Assembly: GCA_965649765.1 (NCBI GenBank)
Contig: OZ287752.1
Location: 83,328,001-83,392,000 of the forward strand
Direction: 5' to 3'
Length of the DNA stretch: 64,000 bases
DNA from: Bispira polyomma
Taxonomy: Eukaryota
In this document: piece by piece, positions 62,549 through 64,000 of the stretch
How the letters are laid out: the number at the start of each line of letters is the position of its first letter
Numbering within the stretch: position 1 is the stretch's first letter
Program-made: the position numbers and the translations under genes
Notes under the pieces: generated by a model
Databases searched by the model: none
Told to the model about the DNA's origin: nothing
The model's input: the letters and a program-made list of their open reading frames with translations, nothing else

Positions 62549-63086
62549 TCACAACAGATTAGGGCTTATTTCAATTTTGCCTAACCCTGTATTATTGCTA
62601 TGTTTCCTCTTTACATAAGGCCTTGCCCCACCTGGTACGTTGTCCACAGAATACAACCTTTGGCTATAACCCCCAGTCTCTGCACCCCTCTGTATACTAT
62701 TAGCACTATTACTAGTACTACTAGTACTATACGATCCAGCTCTATTCCCCCCCTCACTCCACCCTCTACCCAATCTGACATCACTAGTTCTGCTATAAGT
62801 CTGCTCCTCTGTCTTAACTCCCACATTCCATGGTCTACTGTTGTCAGTTGCTATCTTGTACCCTAAGTTTGATGCCTGAGGTCCACCCTTAACATCTGTA
62901 CAACTAGCAGTATTACTACCATGATGAGCTGTGGTAACACAATGTCCATTGTTTACAACAGTAGACGGTGTAGTATTGATATTGTTGGTCTGTTCCCTAG
63001 TTCTCTGAGGCACAGTCTTTCTGTGATAAGGCATCTCTTGGTGGTTTGAAGCAGTTTTCCCGCTGAGGCCTTTAAAGGGCCATTTT
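62549..63086 (-). CDS. Probable terminal coding exon of a convergent neighbouring gene; low-complexity S/T/N/G-rich, product unknown
   Basis: 187-codon minus-strand ORF with a catttgtag| acceptor at 63087-63088 and GC above flanks; no recognisable domain. Confidence 0.55.
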
Positions 63087-64000
63087 CTACAAATGTACCA
63101 CAATAAGATCATCAGGAGATTACCACTTTTTATCCCAAAGAAATGACCTATATTAAGGGATTATCACAAAGCAATACTGTGACTACTCTTACCCTAGTTG
63201 GAATTGATGTGAAATTTGACATGTTTTGAGGGTTACATGTATTATCAGTCATCCAGGCTTAGACAAATTGTGCATAAGTTCCGAGAGTTGATAGGACCAC
63301 AATTATAGTGCTTGCAGATGTTACAAAAATTGATTCAGTGTTCCATGGAATCACAACGTTTAGATAAAAGAGGCTTTACTGGAACAGATATCCAGTCAAA
63401 AATCTGTGTTGGCAGTTTTTGCATTTACCAAATGTAAAAGGTCTTCTCTATTTTCTTCATTTATTATCCAAGTACTGCAACTTTAGACATAATAACAGTG
63501 AAAAGAACAGCAATTAGCTGTTGAATTTTTAAATGTAGTCGAGGACAAGATTATAATTAAAAGAAGAAAACCTTTGTGTAAGATATAAACTAAACTGAGA
63601 CGTTATTAATATAGGTCATTGCTTTGTGATAATCCCTTAACATTGGTCATTACTATTCTAAAATGACATAAAATTAATTTCATATAGTTTATGAGATTTG
63701 ACTGTGAAAAAAACGATGTTTCATAACCGTTCGACATTTAGTACTGTGTACATGTACTGCTAAACTATAGGACTTCCGTTAAACATGGCAGTAAACAAAA
63801 ACAAAAGTGATAAAAATTGCTTTATTTGACATAAAAACGATACAAAATAACACTAAAATGTCAAAATATCTTATTAGTTGAAGTTAGGAAACAAATCTGA
63901 TGAATAATCGATTACCATATATAAAATTAAGACTGACCAACAACGATCTTCGAGTATCACCAATAATTAATCGCCCGGTCATCCTATCATCTACCCACTG

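Overview
Eukaryotic, AT-rich animal genomic DNA, most likely a lophotrochozoan such as a mollusc (inferred from repeat families and protein divergence). The window is dominated by the 3' ~46 kb of a + strand roundabout (Robo) axon-guidance receptor gene. I reconstructed 25 GT-AG exons by hand (7981..53679, ~1550 codons in one phase-consistent frame): Ig2-Ig5, three FN3, TM, and a cytoplasmic tail with CC1, CC2 and the SSSDxSFFxxADFAxAVA and RPTSPxSTDSN motifs. The signal peptide and Ig1 lie upstream of the window. Introns hold a ~6 kb DIRS-type tyrosine-recombinase retrotransposon (intact ITR/ICR termini, dead ORFs, RT core replaced by ~1.15 kb of foreign DNA), tRNA-derived SINEs and many MITEs; L2 LINE remnants and a Helentron-like element with a satellite array lie in or downstream of the gene. 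A probable terminal exon of a convergent gene lies at 62549..63086. The most striking signal is that unrelated tandem duplications repeatedly copy the splice junctions themselves. The extreme case is 25 copies of a 51-bp unit containing the 3' splice site plus exon start; others lie at 8358, 8735, 8927, 19494 and 52645. The cytoplasmic region also shows a likely mutually exclusive exon pair (one adding a PPxY motif), a dual-frame exon, NAGNAG acceptors and an AG|GTGAG motif on the skippable TM exon.
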